DNA from: Desulfobulbaceae bacterium
GTDB taxonomy: Bacteria; Desulfobacterota; Desulfobulbia; Desulfobulbales; SURF-16
Direction of reading: 5' to 3'
DNA: 47,597 nucleotides
NCBI GenBank assembly: GCA_027859235.1
Contig: JAQIBE010000250.1
Location: 1-47,597 of the forward strand
Positions 43,427 to 47,597 of the stretch are shown piece after piece; within the stretch, counting starts at the first letter, position 1, and each line of letters opens with the position of its first letter. A program made the position numbers and the translations under genes. The notes under the pieces were generated by a model. That model did no database searches. It saw only the letters and a program-made list of their open reading frames with translations, and was not told where the DNA came from.

Positions 43427-44296
43427 ATGCATTACGAAGGAAACGTAATTCGTCCGCCATCTGAATGGAACTCCATCATCCTGCAGGTCACCGTGGGCTG
43501 CTCCCATAACAAATGCACCTTCTGCGGGGCCTATAAGGATGTGGATTTTCGCATAAAGGATGAGGAAACCGTGTCTGCGGATATTGGCTTTGCCGCAGCC
43601 CATTGTCAGCGACAAAAAAGGGTGTTCCTGGCGGATGGTGACGTCCTTATTCTTTCCCAGCAACGCTTGATCCAAATTCTGCAGGGCATACGCCAGCATC
43701 TGCCGTGGGTCACACAAGTCACCCTGTACGGAAATGCCAAGGCGATCTTGTCCAAAACAACAGCACAGCTTCAGGAACTGAAACATTTTGGTTTGTCACG
43801 TGTATATATGGGGCTCGAGTCAGGGAATGATCACGTCTTAGACACTATCCGCAAAGGGGCTGATTCTGCGAAAATGATCAGAGCCGCAGCCCATGTGCGG
43901 GGTGCCGGCTTATTTTTATCCGTCACCGTTCTGCTCGGCATTGGCGGGACAGAGGGATCAGCAGACCATGCCAGGGATACCGGTCTTGTTATCTCCCGGA
44001 TGCAGCCAAACCAGATAGCAGCACTCACCCTCATGGTTATGGAAAATACACCCCTCTGGCATGCCATCCGCAACGGATCATTTACCCTTCCAGACCCAGC
44101 GGGTATGCTGGCTGAGCTGCAGACAATGGTGGAACACATCAATGTGGAGCGATCGCAATTTCACGCCAACCATGCCTCTAATTATCTGGAGATAAGCTGT
44201 AGACTGCCGCGGGACAAGGACAGAATATTGAGGGAGATTAACGTGGCACAGCAGGGAGGAAAACAGCTTCGCCCTGAACATATGCGAAGATTATAA
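43427..44296 (+). CDS. radical SAM protein of unassigned function
   Basis: Cluster motif VTVGCSHNKCTFCGAY, read directly as ggc tgc tcc cat aac aaa tgc acc ttc tgc. GGE-like YMGLESGND and a TIM-barrel-length body. ATG 43427 is preferred because TTG 43406 abuts the serC terminator. Confidence 0.78.
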   Translation: MHYEGNVIRPPSEWNSIILQVTVGCSHNKCTFCGAYKDVDFRIKDEETVSADIGFAAAHCQRQKRVFLADGDVLILSQQRLIQILQGIRQHLPWVTQVTLYGNAKAILSKTTAQLQELKHFGLSRVYMGLESGNDHVLDTIRKGADSAKMIRAAAHVRGAGLFLSVTVLLGIGGTEGSADHARDTGLVISRMQPNQIAALTLMVMENTPLWHAIRNGSFTLPDPAGMLAELQTMVEHINVERSQFHANHASNYLEISCRLPRDKDRILREINVAQQGGKQLRPEHMRRL

Positions 44297-44304
44297 TACC
44301 GGTG

Positions 44305-44652
44305 TCACCTGATCTTTTCACCGGTGAGAATGTCAATAATGGAATCATCGTATTCATCATCGGTCAAATCAACCAGATCATTTATTGGTCCGCTTTGCCC
44401 AGGCTTTGGACCGGCGGTTTCAACCACCTTTTCCACCTCCACAACCTTTTCAACAACCTGTACCAGATCACCCATTTCAATGGTAATGGAAAGGGCACCT
44501 AAGGCCTCGGTTACTTTTTCAAGACCAGCGGCAATTTCCGGTTCAGTCATTTCCAGAGCGGCCTGGGCCATGGCTGTTATCTCAAGGCAGGCGAAGACAT
44601 CCTCAACCCGGGTTAAGTCATAAATTTTATTTTCTTCATCTTCTGCTGACAT
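44305..44652 (-). CDS. acidic hypothetical protein (115 aa)
   Basis: Long ORF with an ATG start. Strongly acidic, with an internal VVEKVVEVEKVVE repeat and a DLVDLTDDEYDD tail. No family recognised. Confidence 0.45.
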   Translation of the reverse strand: MSAEDEENKIYDLTRVEDVFACLEITAMAQAALEMTEPEIAAGLEKVTEALGALSITIEMGDLVQVVEKVVEVEKVVETAGPKPGQSGPINDLVDLTDDEYDDSIIDILTGEKIR

Positions 44653-44711
44653 GGAACAGGCTCATTTTGAGAGTTAAGGGGTTTAGGGGCCGTTAAGAAT
44701 GTTGACTAGGT

Positions 44712-44819
44712 AAGCGTAGACTCCGGGTAAGCGCAGACTCCGTTATAGCAATTTCTTTATACCCCCTCAGGCAGCTGTGGACATCTCGTTGGGTATGTTA
44801 CTTTTTCACAACTGCTTAG
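44712..44819 (+). repeat. left copy of a 91-nt repeat (44729-44819), preceded by a 17-nt tandem duplication of its first segment (44712-44728)
   Basis: 44729-44819 aligns without gaps to the reverse complement of 47405-47495 with 75 of 91 matches by hand count. aagcgtagactccgggt / aagcgcagactccgtta form the tandem unit. Confidence 0.85.
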
Positions 44820-44872
44820 TTGAAATTATATCGCAGTTTACAGGGAACACACCACTTTTTTTATGACCAGCA

Positions 44873-45766
44873 CTACTCGTCCAATTGAATCGTAAATCCT
44901 TGAAGATAATTATCCTGCATCATTGGCACAACAATGATCTCCCAATCCTCTGGCAGAACACAGAGGTCAGCAGCACCAGTTCTGAGCCTTATTTCTTGTA
45001 AAATATTTCCTCCTTGATCAACAAGCAAGAGTTTGCCGGCCATATAATCCGTGACGATTAAAAAATCAGCATAATGGGCCACCCCGTCGAGATTCCCGAG
45101 TTGCTCAGCAACTATGGATATGTCGCGGGTCTTGAGATCAACAGAGAGCAGATCCCCAGCCCTGTCACTCTGAGACCCGCCCCAGCATGCAACGTATAAC
45201 TGACCATTCTTAACGTGTAAACCGTTGGGATATTTGAGCTGCTCATCCTTTAACCATATAGAAACAGCACCATCATGATAAATATGAATCGTATGGGTGA
45301 CCATGTCGGAAATAAAGACCCTGCCCGCTTCATCATGGGTGACATCATTGAGAAAAACCGCGTTGGCAACAGGGATAATAGTCTTATTATTATTGGTAAT
45401 ATCAATAATGACCAGCTGATCAATATCAGCAACATAGAGAAGATCACCCATGAGTGTCATCCCCTTAGGCCCATTCAACCCCGTGATCCAGTGGAGATCG
45501 CGAATGTCACCGTTAATCGCCACCTTAGAGATAAAACCATTGCCGTCGTGAGCCAGCGGATCCCCATTAACATTTGTTACAAAGAGTTGCCGGGTAACAG
45601 GATCAAACAAAATCGATTCTGGATTTTTAAAGACCGCTTCTGTAGTAAATGATTCCACGATGACAGGGGACGGCGGCTTGTGAAGAGATGACACACCACC
45701 ACAACCAACAAGTAATAGTAAGATTACAACGTTCAGAGCTATCATCTTCTCCATATCTAATTCCAC
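44873..45766 (-). CDS. lipoprotein with SMP-30/gluconolactonase/NHL-like beta-propeller
   Basis: Lipobox LLLLVGCGG after a hydrophobic leader. Repeated strand patterns (LFVTNVNGD, LYVADIDQ, VFISDMVTH, LYVACWGG, LIVTDYMAG) are typical of six-bladed propellers. The start may be one of the internal Met codons (MEKM/MIAL). Confidence 0.68.
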   Translation of the reverse strand: MELDMEKMIALNVVILLLLVGCGGVSSLHKPPSPVIVESFTTEAVFKNPESILFDPVTRQLFVTNVNGDPLAHDGNGFISKVAINGDIRDLHWITGLNGPKGMTLMGDLLYVADIDQLVIIDITNNNKTIIPVANAVFLNDVTHDEAGRVFISDMVTHTIHIYHDGAVSIWLKDEQLKYPNGLHVKNGQLYVACWGGSQSDRAGDLLSVDLKTRDISIVAEQLGNLDGVAHYADFLIVTDYMAGKLLLVDQGGNILQEIRLRTGAADLCVLPEDWEIIVVPMMQDNYLQGFTIQLDE

Positions 45767-45895
45767 AAGACTACATGATGTATGTTGACTCCAAAGGGCA
45801 AGAGGGGTAAAAGGCCATTCCTATTGCAACTTCAGCTAGATAACAACAAATTAAAACTCCTCATCAGGAGTGTCAACGCCGATCTAAAAAAAATA

Positions 45896-46927
45896 ATGAT
45901 TGATTTCAAAACATTAAGCCGCAAACAACTTATCGAATGGATCACCTCAAGGGGCCATTCAACCTATCGAGGCCGACAGATCTTTGCCTGGCTGTATCGC
46001 CCGGGAATCACTGAATTTAGTCAAATGACTGATATATCAAAGAAATTCAGAGAGGAACTTGAGACCATTGCCACCATATCCACCCTGCCCTACACCATCA
46101 AAGAAACTTCTGCAGATGGCACAATGAAGTATGGCTTTACCTTAAGTGATGACCATATCATTGAAAGTGTGTTGATCCCAGAGGAGGATCGAAACACCCT
46201 CTGTGTGTCATCCCAGGTAGGTTGCGCCATGGGCTGTAAGTTTTGTCTGACAGGCACCATGGGATTCACCAGAAACCTGAATCCTGCTGAGATTGTTGGC
46301 CAGATCTGTGCCGTTCAGGAGGATCTTCAGTCCATGAATATGGGCACTGTAAACAATTTGGTGTTCATGGGCATGGGAGAACCGCTGGCAAATTTTGAGA
46401 ATCTTATTACCAGCCTTGAAATACTCATGGATGATTTAGGGCTCAGCGTCTCAAGACGAAGAACAACCGTATCCACCTGTGGTCTTGTGCCAAAAATCAT
46501 AGAGTTGGGTCAGAGAATTGAAGTGAATCTTGCCATATCACTCCATGCCGCCGATGACGAAACCCGCTCACAGTTAATGCCGATTAATGAGAAATACTCC
46601 ATTAGCGACGTGATCAACGCCTGCAAACAGTTCCCCCTGCAGAAACGCAAACGAATTATGTTCGAGTACATTCTTCTTAAAGGCATTAATGACTCGGATG
46701 AAGATGCCAGGAAGCTTGGCAGATTGCTTCGGCCAATCCCCTGTAAAATCAACCTGTTGCCATGCAATGAGGCGCCGGAATTACCCTATAAAAAGCCGGC
46801 AAATAATCGCGTTCTTGCCTTTCAGAAAATTCTCCGGGACATGGAGTATACCGTGTTTATCCGAACCAGTCGTGGTGATGATATTTCTGCCGCCTGCGGC
46901 CAACTTGCCAACAAACACACAGGGTAA
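45896..46927 (+). CDS. rlmN: 23S rRNA/tRNA adenine-C2 methyltransferase (radical SAM)
   Basis: YRGRQIFAWLY N-terminal domain, SSQVGCAMGCKFCLTG (CX3CX2C) and C-terminal catalytic Cys ISAACGQL. ATG 45896 gives a typical 343-aa product. Confidence 0.93.
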   Translation: MIDFKTLSRKQLIEWITSRGHSTYRGRQIFAWLYRPGITEFSQMTDISKKFREELETIATISTLPYTIKETSADGTMKYGFTLSDDHIIESVLIPEEDRNTLCVSSQVGCAMGCKFCLTGTMGFTRNLNPAEIVGQICAVQEDLQSMNMGTVNNLVFMGMGEPLANFENLITSLEILMDDLGLSVSRRRTTVSTCGLVPKIIELGQRIEVNLAISLHAADDETRSQLMPINEKYSISDVINACKQFPLQKRKRIMFEYILLKGINDSDEDARKLGRLLRPIPCKINLLPCNEAPELPYKKPANNRVLAFQKILRDMEYTVFIRTSRGDDISAACGQLANKHTG

Positions 46928-46992
46928 AGGCCGCCTCTTCAGTGAACGACAATGTCCATTGCCCTTACATCACCCTTTCCGTGAGATAAGAC

Positions 46993-47334
46993 ATGAAGTT
47001 TCTGCAAGTATTTCCTTTTATAATAAGCAGCCTCCTCCTTGGGGCTCATTTTTACAGGGCAGGAATATTACCCCTTGTTTTCATCTCCCTGCTCCTGCCC
47101 CTACTCTTACTCATCCGCACCAACGCAGCTCTTCGTCTAGCCCAGGCCTGTCTTGTGCTCGGTTCACTGGAGTGGCTGAGAACAATCTATGTCTTAGCCA
47201 TTGAACGGCAGCAGCTCGGCCAATCCTGGACACGACTGGCAATCATTCTTGGCGGCGTCGCCCTTTTTACCGCATTATCCAGCCTCCCCCTGTCGCGGGT
47301 CATGAAAGAGATAAAGGACACAGGGCAACGATGA
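46993..47334 (+). CDS. small integral membrane protein (3 predicted TM helices)
   Basis: 113-aa ORF with an ATG start and three hydrophobic stretches. No family recognised. Confidence 0.5.
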   Translation: MKFLQVFPFIISSLLLGAHFYRAGILPLVFISLLLPLLLLIRTNAALRLAQACLVLGSLEWLRTIYVLAIERQQLGQSWTRLAIILGGVALFTALSSLPLSRVMKEIKDTGQR

Positions 47335-47404
47335 ACAACTCAATTCACATCATCTCTCTTGCCAGATCAGTTTTTGCGGAAAGGGATGAGACCTCATAAA
47401 AAGT

Positions 47405-47495
47405 CTAAGCAGTTGTAAAAAAATAACATGACCAACGAGATGCCCATAGCTGCATAAGGGGCCCTGCATAAATTGCTACAACGGAGTCTACGCTT
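47405..47495 (-). repeat. right copy of the 91-nt repeat, inverted relative to 44729-44819
   Basis: The reverse complement reads aagcgtagactccgttgtagcaattt...catctcgttggtcatgttatttttttacaactgcttag, matching the left copy outside a divergent 16-nt centre. Confidence 0.85.
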
Positions 47496-47597
47496 CCATG
47501 AGAAGGTATGTCAAGATGTTCGACGTGGCGAACCACATTTCCTTTAAATTCCATAACGTTAGGCTTCCATTCGCACTCAGTTATGAGCCCTGCCGGG

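Noticed and set aside
46689-47204. 171-aa + strand ORF spanning the rlmN 3' end and the start of the membrane-protein gene
   Set aside because: It overlaps two better-supported genes in a different frame. Its composition is Pro/Ser/Arg-rich, typical of an off-frame translation.
44729-47495. Invertible DNA switch (site-specific inversion) mediated by the 91-nt inverted repeats
   Set aside because: No recombinase or invertase gene lies in or beside the segment. The repeats are only ~82% identical, and the segment carries the housekeeping gene rlmN with its own start. Inversion is possible by homologous recombination, but nothing supports a programmed switch.
1-47597. tRNA, rRNA, CRISPR arrays, transposases, integrases or recognisable defence systems
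   Set aside because: No T-loop GGTTCGA-type motifs in intergenic DNA, no spaced direct-repeat arrays, and no ORF with transposase, integrase, nuclease-helicase or toxin-antitoxin signatures were seen. The window reads as core chromosome.

Overview
This is a chromosomal window from a Gram-negative strict anaerobe. Gene content suggests a Desulfobacterota-like sulfate reducer or disproportionator, but that is inference and no search was run. No tRNA, rRNA, CRISPR array, transposase or recognisable defence genes were seen. The core, about 6.7-28.9 kb on the + strand, is a Wood-Ljungdahl (reductive acetyl-CoA) supercluster. In order it holds fhs, an orphan PilB/GspE-like ATPase, folD, cooS/acsA, a single 906-aa ORF fusing a MetF-type methylene-THF reductase to the corrinoid Fe-S protein small subunit AcsD, acsB, acsC, a GltD-fused formate dehydrogenase, a long hdrA and mvhD. 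The ORF track splits fdhA, hdrA and mvhD at in-frame TGA codons. These codons sit exactly at the Sec/Cys positions known for those families, each is followed by a hairpin (SECIS candidate), and the frame stays open, so I call them three consecutive selenoprotein genes. The flanks are housekeeping genes: pldA fragment, MscS-family channel (apparently frameshifted), uvrC, nifU-nifS, thyX, an SH3/coiled-coil protein, trmL, M23 peptidase, lysC, cimA, comEA-like, PHP phosphoesterase, miaB, DUF4911-like, purB, recJ, miaA, serC, a radical SAM protein, an acidic hypothetical, a beta-propeller lipoprotein, rlmN and a small membrane protein. The most unusual items are: (1) the MetF~AcsD fusion with a ~270-aa Ala/Pro/Lys-rich linker, in a cluster with no acsE, cooC, metV or hdrBC in view; (2) the fdhA(Sec)-hdrA(Sec)-mvhD(Sec) module; (3) a PilB-like ATPase carrying both an MshEN-type c-di-GMP motif pair and a C-terminal cNMP-binding domain, inserted in the cluster; (4) a 91-nt imperfect inverted repeat pair bracketing a 2.6-kb three-gene segment. 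All calls rest on reading the translations and sequence by eye.
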